Part shown: positions 22,511 through 34,849 of the stretch, piece after piece | Position numbering within the stretch: position 1 is the stretch's first letter | How the letters are laid out: each line of letters opens with the position of its first letter | Source: Chiloscyllium plagiosum | Taxonomy: Eukaryota | Direction: 5' to 3' | NCBI RefSeq assembly: GCF_004010195.1 | Contig: NC_057719.1 | Location: 8,304,224 to 8,353,123 of the forward strand | Length of the DNA stretch: 48,900 nt | Position numbers and translations under genes: made by a program | Notes under the pieces: model-generated | Database searches by the model: none | What the model was told of the DNA's origin: nothing | What the model saw: the letters and a program-made list of their open reading frames with translations, nothing else

Positions 22511-23390
22511 CCTTTGTGCACATTAGGTGGATTGGCCATGCTAAATTGCCCATAGTGTCCAGGGATGTGTAGGCTAGGTAGGTTAGCCATGGGATATGTA
22601 GGGTTAGGGTATGGAGCTTGGATGGGCTGCATGGCCTACTTCCACACTGTCAGAATTCTATTCTATGCCTCTAATCTGTGAATGAACACTGCTGCTCCTA
22701 ACCCCTGTGCTTGTATTGTTTTGCTTTATTGGGATGCCCAAGGAAAGGTTGAGGACCTAAGGGCCAGGTCATCGCTGACCCTGAAAAATGTAGCCGAGAA
22801 GATCACGCTGATAGCGATTGAGCAAGTGTAGACCTGAGGAGCCGCAGGTGGCTGGAGACTGAACATACAGAGAGACTTGAGAAGCTTGGATTATTCTCTT
22901 TAATACAGTAAAGGAGAAGAGGAGATCAAGCAGAAATATTTGAAATCCGCATTTATTCACCTTTGATAGTGTAAATGAGAACAAACTGTTTCCGGTGATG
23001 GGGTGATGGAAAGGCAGATAATCAGAGGTCATGGACTTGCGATAATTGGCAAAACAAGTCGAGGTATTACGGGGAAACATAGGAAGGCATTTTTCTACCA
23101 TTAGTAGAGGGCTCAATAATAAAGGGCATAGAGGTACAAGGCTAAGAGGACCATTGACAAGATTTCTTTTCAATCAAAGGATGGTGTGAGTTTGAAACTC
23201 ATTGCCTGAAAGGGCAATTCAGTCAGAAACTCTTGTAACATTTCAGCAGCATTTAAACATTCACTTGCATTGTTGTAGCCTCCGGGGATACGAAACAACA
23301 ACTGAGAAGTAGACCTGACGTGGTCAGATCTTTGTTGTTCAGCACAGACACATTGGGCTGAATGGTCCCCTTAAATTCATCCTGTCGTTC

Positions 23391-23510
23391 CCGATGAAGG
23401 GCTTTTGACGTCAATTCACCTGCTCCTCGGATGCTGCCTGACCTGCTGTGCTTTTCCAGCACCACACTCTCAACTCTGATCTCCAACATTTGCAGTCCAC
23501 TTTTTCCCAG
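23391..23510 (+). mobile_element. Solo PLE pseudo-LTR (family A), hammerhead internally deleted
   Basis: CCGATGAAGGGCTTTTG-[deletion]-ACGTC followed by the family A body. Confidence 0.75.
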
Positions 23511-23794
23511 TTGATTCCTCCCTAAGTTCCCTGCCCAGTGATGTTACCTCATTTTTAAGAAAAGATAGACAGAGTTTTGAACAGTTAAGGGATATGGTGA
23601 GAGGGCGGGTAAGCGGAGCTGAGTCCATGATAAGATCCAACCGAGATCTTATTGAATGGTGGAGCAGGATCGATGGGCCAGTTGGCCTATTCCTGCACCT
23701 AGTTCTTATGTTCTTAAGTGCTGTGATGTAAAAATAAAGCGATCTGTTAGGATCTGAGGTCTACTGACTTGGATAAGTGATAGACATGAAACCA

Positions 23795-23905
23795 CTTTTG
23801 CCCGAAACGTCGATTTCGAAGCTGGATGCTGCCTGAACTGCTGTGCTCTTCCAGCACCACGAATCCAGAATCTGGTTTCCAGCATCTGCAGTCATTGTTT
23901 TTACC
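23795..23905 (+). mobile_element. 111-bp PLE pseudo-LTR insertion with perfect 13-bp TSD
   Basis: TSD AGACATGAAACCA at 23782-23794 and 23906-23918; insert starts inside hammerhead stem II (CTTTTGCCCGAAACGTCG). Confidence 0.85.
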
Positions 23906-24850
23906 AGACATGAAACCATATTAATTTCCAAAAGGATGAATGTTTGATGGCAAAAAAAATCCTGGTACATAAGGAAATAGTAGAGGGGGATGGAATTAAT
24001 TAGATAATTCAAAAGGCTGACAAAGTATATGTGGGTCAGATGGTGGGCCCAGGGCTTTGGGTCCCTGGGTTCTCCCACCGCAGCTATGCAACTAATGTTC
24101 ATTGGATCCAGAAATAAAAGTGTTTTTCAGTAATGGTCACCATTTAGCCGCCATAGATGTTGTAAAAATCCAGCTGGCTTGCTCACATTCAGAAGAAGTG
24201 CGACCTTTAACCAGGTCTGGCCCACATGTGACTCCAGACCCCCAGCAATGCGATTGATGAAAGAGCGAGGGATGACCTGTTTGATGCGTGTCGGATCTTG
24301 AATGGCCTTCACAAAGTAGAAAGTGGAAAGGACGTTTGCTGTGGGTCAGTCCTGAAGTGGGGACGTTGTTTTAAAATGGGGCATCATCTTTTTAAGACAG
24401 ATTTGAGGAGAAATCTTTTCTCTCAGAGCATTGTAAGACTTTGGAACTCCTTAAGACAATAAGACCCTTGATGAAGGATCAGAAGTAGACCATTCAGCCC
24501 ATCAAATCTGCTCTGCTGTTCAATGAGATCATGGTTAATCTGATCATCCTCAACAGCACTGTCCTGCCTTTTCCCCATTACCCACAATTTCCTTGCTGAT
24601 TATAGCTATGTCTATCTCAGCCTTAGCTTCAGAAGGCAATGAAAGTGGAGTCTTTGAATTTTCTTTTTAAGATAAAGGGAGGCACAGATTATTGGGGAGA
24701 TGGGGATATGGAATTTTAAACACAAACAGTTCAGCTGTGATTTTATTGAATGGCAAAACAGGCTTTATGAGCTGAACGGTCTATATCAGCTCTTCTTTCA
24801 AATGTTTGTTTGCTCGTATAACTCTGAGATGATCTAGCTATATTTTTTTT

Positions 24851-25612
24851 AGAGTCATAGAGTCCTACAGCACAGAGACAGGCTCTGTGGCCCAAACTAG
24901 TCCATGCCAACCAAAATGTCCATCCATTTAAACCCCATTTCCCTGCACTTGGCCCATATCCTTCTAATCCTTTCCTGCCCATGCACTTGTCCAAATGCCT
25001 TTTAAATGTTGTTAATGTACCTGCCTCAACCACTTCCACTGGCAGCTCATTCCATATGCATACCACCCTCTGTGTAAATAAAGTTGCCCCTCAGGTTCCC
25101 TTTTATTCTTTCCCCTCTCACCTTAAACTGATGCCCTCTGGTCCTCAATTCCCCAATCCTGGGAAAAAGACTGAGTGCATTCACCCTATCCATGCCTCTC
25201 ATGATCTTATGCACCTCCATAAGGTGTCCCCTTAGCCTCCTACCCTCTAAAGAAAAAAGTCCTAGTTTATCCAACCTCTCCCTGTAACTCACACCATTGA
25301 GTCCTGGCAACATCCTTGTAAATTTCTTCTGCACTCTTTCCAGTTTAATAATATCCTTCCTATAGCAAGGTGACCAAAACAGATCGCAATACTCCAAGTG
25401 CGGCCTCACCAACATTCTGTATAACTGCAACATAACTTCCCAACTTCTATACTCAATGCCCTGACTGATGAAGGACAGTGTGCCAAAAGCCTTCCTCACT
25501 GCCCTGTCTACCTGGGACTCCACTTTCAGAGAACCATGCACTTGAACTCCAAGATCCCTCGGTTCCACTACACTGCTTAAAGCCCTACCATTCACCATGA
25601 AACTCCTACCTT
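24851..25612 (-). mobile_element. CR1 LINE 3' fragment
   Basis: ORF 25047..25598 (183 aa) RDLGVQVH..LYRMLVRPHLEYC..FSLEGRRLRG..RTRGHQFKVRG. Confidence 0.95.
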
Positions 25613-25709
25613 GCTGAGCTAGCCACTCAGTTCAAGGGCAAACAAGGATGGATAACAGTTACTAGCCTTTCCAATAAGTGACAAATTGTATAAAGTAAAA
25701 TAAAGTATC

Positions 25710-26195
25710 TTTACTTGAGAAAGGATGTACTGACACTGGAAGGGGTGCAGAGGAGGTTCACTTGGTTGGTTCCAGAGTTGAGAGGGTTGGCTTATGTGAG
25801 ATTCAGTAGACTGGGACTACACTCATTGGAACTTAGAAGAATGAGGGGGAAGCCTTATAAATACATATAAAATTATGAAGGGAATAGACAGGATAGAAGC
25901 AGGGAGGGTGAAACTAGAACTTTGGGGCATAGCGTCAAAATAAGGGGGAGCAGATATAGGACTGAGCTGAGGAGGAACTTCTTTATCCAGAGAGTTGTGA
26001 ATGGGTGGAATTCCCTGCCCAGTGAAGCAATTGAGACCTCGTTGAATGTTTTTAAGGCAAAGGAACAGTAAAGGAATTAAGGGCTACGGTGAGTGGATGG
26101 GGAAGTGGAGCTGAGTCCATGAAAATACCTTATTGAATGGTGGAGAGGGGTCAGGGAGCCAGATGACCTCTTCCTGATCCTATTATTAATGTTCT
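25710..26195 (+). mobile_element. CR1 LINE 3' end
   Basis: GAGGAGGAACTTCTTTATCCAGAGAGTTGTGAAT..GGAATTCCCTGCCC and CR1 tail. Confidence 0.8.
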
Positions 26196-26684
26196 TTTGT
26201 ACTATTGTGCTGAGTTTAATTTTCTAGAATTCTACAGAAACTCCTGGTTATAATATGCTGAAATGGAAATTGTGGAAGAAACTTGACAGGATCTGTCGAG
26301 AGAGAAAGCAAAGTCAACATTTCGGGTCCAGAGCCGTCCTTCAGAACTGATTATGATGTCCTCTTCAACTGATGTCAAAATGCTAGGTTTATTGTGAAAG
26401 GTCTTGTTCCCCTTGGTGTAAGGTAAACTCACCATAGTCCCATATCTCTCATTCGAGACAAATGGCTAGGGGTGAGTTGAACTTGAGGGTCATCGCACTT
26501 CAGGCATGGGGTGAGGTTGAGAAGGAGGGTCCTTCATGGTAACCTCAGCTACTTAACCCAATCTGTTAGCACCACCCTCCAGCCGTCCAACTAACTGGGC
26601 TAACCAATCCTGTCCTTTCTGCAACCCCTGATGTTATCCTTCAGTGAGTCAATCGGGGAAGGTAGAACTTAACACAGGTCGATT

Positions 26685-27168
26685 AAAAATCATGAGGGGT
26701 ATGGATAGGGTAAATAGACAAGGTCTTTTCCCTGGAGAGGGGGAGACCAGAACTAGAGGGCATAGGTTTAGAGTGAGAGGGGAAAGATTGAAAAGGGTCC
26801 TAAGGGGCAATTCTTTCACTCAGTGGGTGGTGTGTGTATGTGGAATGAGCTGCCAGTGGAAGTGGTGGAGGCTGGTACAATTACAATATTTTAAAAAGGC
26901 ATTTGGATGAGTACATGAATAGGAAAGGTTTGAAGGGATATGGAGAAATTGAGGATTGCAGATGCTGGAGATCAGAGTTGAGATTGTGGGGTTGGAAAAG
27001 CACAGGAGGAGCAGGATGCTGCCTAACCAGCTGTGCTTTTCCAGCATCACACTCTCCGGTGGGATATGGGCAAAGTGCTGACAAATGGGACGAGAGTAGA
27101 TTGGGATATCTGGTCAGCATGGACGAGTTGGGCTGAAGGGTCTGTTTCCGTGCTGTACATCTCTATGA
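26685..27168 (+). mobile_element. CR1 3' end containing a palindromic PLE remnant (26944-27060)
   Basis: KIMRGMDRVNRQGLFP motif; insert flanked by 9-bp TSD GGGATATGG at 26935-26943 and 27061-27069. Confidence 0.85.
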
Positions 27169-27667
27169 TTCACCAAAGACGGAATTTTCTCCTTCTGAAG
27201 GATCTCACTGGGTCACTAATGTAGTGCCCAAGGGGACCTGTGCAGAATGCAATGTAATAATGCCAAGAATGGCCCGGGTAAGAAATGTCAGACCCCTGCC
27301 TTGTGCCTTCCCAGTAAAACTGGATCCCATCTCAGCTGTGGAGCATGAGTGCTGAGCTCCAAATATTGCCTTTGTTGTCGGATCAAAAGTTACTGCAGAA
27401 GCTATCAGTGTCATCAGCCTACACAGAAGATTAGTATTCACTGCTGCCCTTAACAACATTCTCTTCAGGAGCCCTGCTCTAATCTGATTATGCTGCAATT
27501 GTAAAACATGCTGAACTTGTGCCTTAAACTGCAGGGTTATCGAAGGCTGGGTTACCAGCACCGGAGCAGGCAAGCTGCGTGTGGTTGAATTACTAGTCAG
27601 TGCTAGATTGCTATCAGCTGGCATCAGCAACTAGGAACACAGCTCCCCATTGTTTAACACATTAAAG

Positions 27668-28360
27668 CTCATAGAATTGTTACAGCATGGAAGGAGGCCA
27701 TTCAGGGCATTGTATCTGTACTAGGTCGACTACCCAGTACCAATCTCCTGCCTATTCCCTATATCCATGAACACCATTTTTAACCAAATGCTTCAGTCAA
27801 TCCTGCCCTCCAGCACATTTCCAGGCACACATCTCTTTGTGAAAAAGTCTGTTTCTCTCATCACGTTTACTATGTTTGCAAATCACTTTAAATCTAGGCC
27901 CTCTTGTTCCTTTTCATTTGACCAATAGGAACAGCTTCTCCCTACTACTGTCTCCAGCCCTCTGATGATTTAGGAAACCTCCATCAGATCTCCTCTTAGC
28001 CTCCTTCTCTCCAAGGAGAGAAAAATTTCCAACTTCTTCAGTCTGTCCTCATCTCTGAAGTTTCTCATCCCTGGAACCATTCCTGTACGCTGCTTTTACA
28101 CTCTCTCCATGGTATTCACAATCTTTCCTTTAATGTGGCGCCTACAATTAAACACAAAGTCTAGCTGAGCTCGAGCAAGTGTATTGTACAAGTGTACCAT
28201 CACCATCCCACTTTTGTACTGTATGCCTCTGTTAATAAACCTGAAAACACCGTATGCTTTATTAACTGCTGTCTCAAGCCACCTTCAATGATCTGTGCAC
28301 ACCTGGTGTCAGGTCGTTCTGCTCCTCAACCCCCTTTAGGATTGCACTCCCTATTTTCTT
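27668..28360 (-). mobile_element. Old CR1 3' fragment
   Basis: CATAGAATTGTTACAGCATGGAAGGAGGCCATTCAG tail; similar to 34850-35500. Confidence 0.7.
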
Positions 28361-29189
28361 TCCGATGCTCCTGCTCAACGTCTCCCCTCATGTGAGGTGA
28401 GAGGGCAACCATAAGGATGATGTAGGACTGTCACAACTTTACCTTACCTTACCACATGGTGCTTTACTTGTATAAATAATAAGCTGGAATGAAGGTAAAT
28501 ACGCAAGAAAACTTGACATTGCCTCAAGTGGTAGTCCCCGATACTTTTAAACATGGAAGCATATGAGATAGGAACAGGAGTAGGCCATTCGGCCCTTTGA
28601 GCCCACTCCACCATTCAATATGATCATGGCTAATCATCCAATTCAGTCCCCTGTTCCCACTTTCCCCCATCCCCTCTGTACCCTTTGATCCCTTTAAGCA
28701 CTTGGAACTTTAGGCCTGAAGTCAGAAAAAAATCCCCTTATATTTGTCTTCACAAATTTATAATCCCCCTGTACACCTTATATTTGTCTTCACAAGAGCA
28801 AGGTAGCTTTGGCAGCTATCCTGGGCAACTAAATGACTATCTCTTGATTTTATTTAAATTTTATTTCCTCTTCCAAATACAGAGTCTAACCCATCGCTCC
28901 TCTCTACCTGTCTCAGCATCTTTAAGATGTTCCTTTAAGAACATAAGGCCACCTTATTGATTCCTACATGATTCTCGGGGGAGTTGACAGGGTGAATGCT
29001 GAGAGGTTGGTTCCCCTGTGGGTGAGTCTAGGACCAGGGGGAGGAATAAAGGATCCGTTAGTTAAGGCACAGCTGCAAAGAAAGTGTTCTCTCGGATGGT
29101 AGTGAATTTGTTTATTTCCTAGGGCTGTTGAGGTTGCCTATTTATTGATAACTCAAGGTTGAGTTGGACAAACTGTTAATCAGAAAGGG

Positions 29190-29748
29190 AAGATGTTGCC
29201 GGCTATGGAAGGTTTGAGTTATAAAGAAATGTTGGAGAGGCTGGGACTATTTTTACTGGAGCTTTGGAGGTTAAAAGGCGACCTTCTAGAAGTTTATAAA
29301 ATAATGAGGGGTATAGATAATAGTGAGTTTTGAGAAGATTTGGAGCTAGGTTGAGGTTCTGGTTTTAGGTTTGGTCGCTGAGCTGCAAGGTTCGATTCCA
29401 GCTCAGCGAGCAAACCTACATCCAGGATATAGATAGGGTTAATGGTAGTTGTCTTTTCCCTACGATGGAGGATTTCAAGACAAAGAGGCACATTTTAAGG
29501 TGAGAGGACAGAGATTTAAAAAAAGACATAAGAGGCCATTTTTTTTACCCAGAGGGTAGTATGGCCGTGGAATGAACTTCTTGAAGAAGTTTTGGATGTG
29601 AGTACAAATACAACATTTCAAAGACATTTGGATGGATACATGAATAAGAAAGGTTTGGAGGGATATGGGCTAGGAGCAGGCAGGTGGGACTAGTTTAGTT
29701 TGGGATTGGACTGGTTGCCCGAAGGGTCTGTTTCCATACCGTATGACT
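29190..29748 (+). mobile_element. CR1 3' end containing a PLE family B inverted remnant (about 29320-29427)
   Basis: Short inverted arms TAGGTTTGGTCGCTGAGCTG / CAGCTCAGCGAGCAAACCTA; TSD core TATAGATA at 29312-29319 and 29428-29435. Confidence 0.8.
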
Positions 29749-31137
29749 GTAAGAATCGAGGGTTTTGAGGAAATGGCAGGACAGTTTGTCGAGAGTTATC
29801 AGATCATCCAGGATCCAGTGGTATGGCTGAGCAGTCTTGAGGGGCTGAACGGCCTACTTCAGCCCCTATGTCTTACGGTCTCCTTAGACCCTCCCTGTTT
29901 GCTCAAGCTGCTGTTTACCTGTCCTCGTGTCTCCTTCTTGAGCGACAACCTTAATTATTTTTGGTCTGCTTGCGTTCCCATGAACCGCTTTGGAATGTAT
30001 TGCTGCGGTAAAGGAAATGCAACCGTTGATGCACCCTGCTGTGCGTGAGCGATGTTCCCCTCCCTCCTAAATGCTTAGGGGTTGGATCCTGGAGATTCTG
30101 CATTAGAGTATTGCGTTTTGAAAAGGGAGTGACAATATAAACTGCATTGGGAAAAGGAGTGTTGATGGTTTGTTGTTGAGTGGTGGCTATGAGAACGCAC
30201 CAAGGAACCGTGTCCCTCCCATTCCCTTTTCTCACTGACAACTAAAGGCCCGAAACCCTGATTACGTCCCTTTGCCCTGTGGGGATGGGGGGGACTGGCC
30301 TGTGCATTGGTTTTCTTGTAACTTCTGGCCGATGAGTGAAACTTAATCGAAAGTCATTTCAGTGCAGGCAGACTGAAGGGTAAAGCTGAAAACAGGATTG
30401 ATCATCAGACAGCAAGCTGTCCTCTCTGTCAAACCCATAGTGGAGGAGCCTCCTGAGAGATAAAGCAGCGGCTTTTGAGTTGGGGCTATCGGACAGAGCA
30501 GGGAGCTGTTGACTGGAATGCTGAAGAAGCAGAGAGCTGGAAAAACCAAACAAAGAAAATAAAAGTTCATCAGCCCCCAAACTATTTTTCTCCCTGAGAA
30601 AGCAACAAGACGGAGGTCATGTTGGCAGCTGATGAAATGAATGAATGTCAAACGGCAAACTGCAGCTTCACAATTAAATTGACCGAAGCGATAAATAACC
30701 TTTCAGCTCGCCAATGATTTTCATTAAGATTAGAACGAAGAAGAAAGTAGAGTTATGGTTTTAAGTGTACAGAAAGTCAATAGATTTCTCTTCGCGCACT
30801 ATTGATAATCAATTCTCACACCCAAGGTATAATTTGCTGAAATCCGAATCCCTTGTGTCTTGTCAACACTTATTTAGAAGCACATTAATAGGATGTTGTC
30901 ATTATGAGTCATTGTTAAGTTTTAATCTGTGTCTGGTACAGCTCTTCCACAATGTAAGCAGTCTTCATTTTGCAGCCACTCCACAAATGTGTCATCAGCA
31001 TAAAGCTAAGCAATGTTCCTCCTAGGTCTGAGAGAGTTTCAAATTCAAACCCTATCCGACTCCTGAATCTTAAACATGAAAATGCACTTGAAATGATGAG
31101 GGAGTGCTACACTGTCAGAGAAACCATCTTTCAACTG

Positions 31138-31580
31138 TACTGCAAGCTGGAAGAATAGCATCTCATCTTCCGCTTTGGGGGACCCTGCAGCCTTCTGGAC
31201 TCAATATCAAACTGAACAGCTTTAACGCTTGAGCCCTCCCATGTCTTTACCCCAATCCCCACACACTAGGCCATGTTATCACACAGTCTGTAATTACACA
31301 CAACCCATTGGTAGTGACTAACAATCCCGAATAATAACTATTCACCCTGCTAGCAAGATTTCTATCCATTCCTTTGTTCAACTGTTCTCTCTGTTTGGTC
31401 TCTATCCCCACCTGTCATTTATTCCTTATCCCTTTCCCCACTCAGTCTTCTGCACATGAACTGACATTTTCCTCGCAACCATCAGTTTTGAGGAAGAGTC
31501 ACTGGACCCGAAACTCTGAATTTTCTCCACAGATGCTGCCAGACCTGCTGAGCTTTTCCAACAATTTCTGCTTTTATTCT
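31138..31580 (+). mobile_element. Penelope-like element 3' end (family D), preceded by a DeuSINE-like remnant (about 31015-31135)
   Basis: CKLEE*HLIFR..TLQPSGLNIK endonuclease end; TTGAGGA-A-GAGTC-ACTG-GACCC-GAAAC at 31488-31514. Confidence 0.8.
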
Positions 31581-31882
31581 AGATATACTCTTCTTTCTCC
31601 CCTTCTTCCTTTCATTATTTTTTGTAGATATTTTCCCAGCCAACCTGTTCAGAGCTTTCATTAACACCTTTGGGACAGGTGGGGCTTGAGCCTGGGCCTC
31701 TGGGCTCAGAGTTAGGCATACTAGCACTCACACTGCAAGAATCCTTCCTGCCTTGGGTAACACCACCAGCTTTAAATCAGTAAAAGACTGGCTTGAGTTG
31801 AGGGCAGTGTTTGTGAATCTCATTCGGATCGTGCTTTGAGTTTGGAAAATTATATTAAAACCTTGTTGAATTTTCCCAATCT

Positions 31883-32672
31883 TAGAGTCATAGAGTCGCA
31901 GAGATATACACCAGGAAACAGACCCTTCAGTCCAACTTGTCCATGCTGTCCAGATATCCTAAATTAATCTAGTCCCATTTGCCAGAACATGGCCTATAGC
32001 CCTCTAAACCCTTCCTATTCATATACCCGTCCAGATGCCTTTTAAGTGTAATTGTACCAGCCTCCACCACTTTCTCTAACAGCTCATTCCATACACACAC
32101 CACCCTCTGCATGAAAAAGTTGCCTCTTAGGTCCCTTTTAAATTTATTCCCTCTCACCCTAAACCTATGCCCTCCAGTTCTGGACTCCCCCACCCCAGGG
32201 AAAATACCTTGTCTATTTACCCTATATATGGCCCTCATGATTTTATAAACCTCTATAAAGTCACCCCTCAGCCTCCGATGCTCCAGAGAAAACAGCCCTA
32301 ACCTATTCAACCTCTCCCTATCGCTCAACCCTCCAACTCTTGCAACATCCTTGTAAATCTTTTCTGAACCCATTCAAATTTCACAACATGCTTCCTGTAG
32401 GAGGGAGGCCAGAATTGCACACAATATTCCAAAGTGGCCTAACCAATATTCTGTACAGCCGCAACATGATCTCCCAACTCCTCTACTCAATACTTTGACC
32501 AATAAAGGAAAGCATACCAAACGCCTTCTTCACTATCCTATCTATCTGCAACTCCACTTTCAAGGAGCTATGAACCTGCACTCCAAGGTCTCTTTGTTCT
32601 GCAACATTCCACAGAATCTTGCCACCAAGCTTATAAGTCCTGACCTGATTTGCCTTTCCAAAATGTAGCATC
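31883..32672 (-). mobile_element. CR1 LINE 3' fragment
   Basis: ORFs 31969..32373 and 32483..32716 with CR1 C-terminal motifs. Confidence 0.95.
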
Positions 32673-33619
32673 TCTTTGAAGTGTTTCACCTGAATGGAGA
32701 CAGTAAACCTGCACACTTTAACAACATGTGTTCTGTGAGAGGGATGTTGCAGTGCTGGTTGGTAAACTTCCTGAAAGGCAGTAACCAGCAGGAATTATTG
32801 AACACTGGAAAAAGCCAGAACAAGCCTGACTTTTAAAAATGCAGCCATCCTTATATTTATCCGTCCCTGTTTCTTAGACCCAAGACTCTCTCAGTCGGCA
32901 AAGAACCACCCACAAAGTATATTGCTGTGGGACGTTGGGATATGGTTCGCGGTGCTATATCAATGCAAATTCTGCTCTCAGTTTGAGCTACCTGATAAAA
33001 CAGTGGGATTTCTGAAACCATTAGACAATTGTTTTGCTATCTCAATCCTTCCGCAGCACCAAGTGTTAACAAATACAGCCAAAATGGCACATCAAGTAAA
33101 TGTGGTTCAGGGGACTTTTGTTGTCAATAGTTTCAAATTGAATTGAAAAGCAATAGAGTATCTGAAGAGGCTCTCTGAATAAACCTGTTTGCACCACATA
33201 TTCACACACTAAATGGCTGCTGGATTAAAGACTCGGAGAATAGCATTTCATATTAACATGCTACGTGAGAAAACGATATCTTTGCTGCATTTTAATGCAT
33301 GTATATAGCAGAATGGATGTTTCATTATCACTGAGTACTGTTATTATTGAAATGATGGGAGTAAAATAGTGTGGTACCGTGGATGCCAGTGTGTTGATAA
33401 CAGAAAGCAAATATGAACATTGTGCTGTGGTAGACCAGCTGAAGAGCTCAGATAAGGAGAGAAGAATAAGATTAATTCATTATTTAACAACTAGTGTTTT
33501 GTAAGAGATGGAGGTTTTCAGGAGGGAAATGTCAAGTCAAAATGAGAATTTACATTTTACTTTGTATTCAGGGGAAAGGGACAGTAAGGCGAATGGATTC
33601 ACATAATGTGTCCAGTTTG

Positions 33620-33790
33620 GGGTTAGACGTTGCTGTGAGCCAGAAAGTCAGGCTTCAAACCCCTGTCAGAGGAAGTCTTCCCAAACTCCGGCCTATACTT
33701 CAGTGTGGTGCTGAGGAAGTGCCACACTGTCAGAAGTGACAGTCTGATGGAGGAGATGTTAAACCTTGAGCTCCTGCCCCTACAGAAGGC
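33620..33790 (+). mobile_element. DeuSINE (SacSINE1-like) remnant
   Basis: CTGAGGAAGTGCCACACTGTCAGAAGTG..GAGATGTTAAACC resembles the Deu-SINE body (recognised from memory). Confidence 0.5.
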
Positions 33791-33809
33791 AAAGTGGAAT
33801 CTGCAGGAA

Positions 33810-34345
33810 ACATAAGAAACATAAACAGGAGTAGGCCATTCAGCCCCTCCAATCTGTTCTGACATCCAGCATGACCATGGCTGATCTGAGACCTGACTCC
33901 ATATAACTGCCATTGACCCTTAATACATTTGCTTAATAAAAAAGTATCTATCTCAGGTGTAAAACTAGCAACTGATTTAGCATTAACTGCCATTTGTGGA
34001 AGAGAGTTTCAAATATCTACCATCCTTTATGTGTAGAAGTGCTTCCTAACCTCTCTCCTGAACAGTCTTACCCTAATTCTCAGTCTATGCTCCCGAGTTC
34101 TAGAATTGCCAACCAATTATCTACCTTGTCTTTTCCTTTTAATATCTTGAAGACTTCAAACAGATAAACCTTAAACTTCTAAATTTTAGAGAAAATGGGC
34201 CTAATTTGTGTAATATGTCCCCATAACAACTCCTGAAGTGAAAGTATCATTCTTGGAAACCTACATTGAACTTCCTCCAATGCCAATATATCCTTCCTAG
34301 GATATGGTGCCGAGATCTGCTCACAGTACTTCAAGTGGGATCTAA
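33810..34345 (-). mobile_element. CR1 LINE 3' end
   Basis: (ACATAAGA)n tail, CAGGAGTAGGCCATTCAGCCC, CAGTACTTCAAGTGGGATCT. Confidence 0.8.
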
Positions 34346-34662
34346 GGTTAAATTTTCAAATTGGCAATGGAGGTGGCAAGTCTGGAATATTCCACTGCCA
34401 GCTGACACGGTTCAGTCTCAGTGCCGTTTCCACGATGGGAATGGTAAAGGACCTCTGCTCACAATTGGATGGTGGCCAGTTCAGGTCATTAAAGCCCCTC
34501 TGCTATTTTGTCTCAGTATTCATGTTCCTCATAAACCTTCTCTCAACTTTGTCTCACGATGTATCTCGATATTCAGCTGCACTTTACACTCCTCTGTTGC
34601 TGTCTTTTAAGGTTGGAGGGGCTCGTAAAATCACAGAACCACAGAATTGTTCTGAAGGAGAA

Positions 34663-34849
34663 GGAGAAAGTGAGGGCTGCAGATGCTGGAGATCAGAGCT
34701 GAAAATGTGTTGCTGGAAAAGCGCAGCAGGTCAGGCAGCATCCAAGGAACAGGAGAAGCGACGTTTCGGGCATAAACATTCCTGAAGAAGGGCTTATGCC
34801 CGAAACGTCGATTCTCCTGTTCCTTGGATGCTGCCTGACCTGCTGCGCT
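34663..34849. mobile_element. Young palindromic PLE mini-element (family A)
   Basis: 56-bp inverted arms 34720-34775/34794-34849 with 1 mismatch and CpGs retained; inserted in a CR1 tail that continues to about 35500. Confidence 0.9.
34776..34813 (+). ncRNA. Minimal type I hammerhead ribozyme (best preserved copy; core 34782-34809)
   Basis: ATTC-CTGAAGA-A-GGGC-TTAT-GCCC-GAAA-CGTC-GATT: full CUGANGA/GAAA core, 4-bp stem II, palindromic ACGT stem III, GUC cleavage triplet, short stem I; activity untested. Confidence 0.8.

Noticed and set aside
27205..27630. 141-aa minus-strand ORF as a CDS
   Set aside because: No recognisable domain and no supported splice structure; kept only as a possible non-coding island
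34720..34849. miRNA precursor hairpin
   Set aside because: The hairpin is explained by inverted PLE pseudo-LTR arms, and there is no evidence for Drosha/Dicer processing
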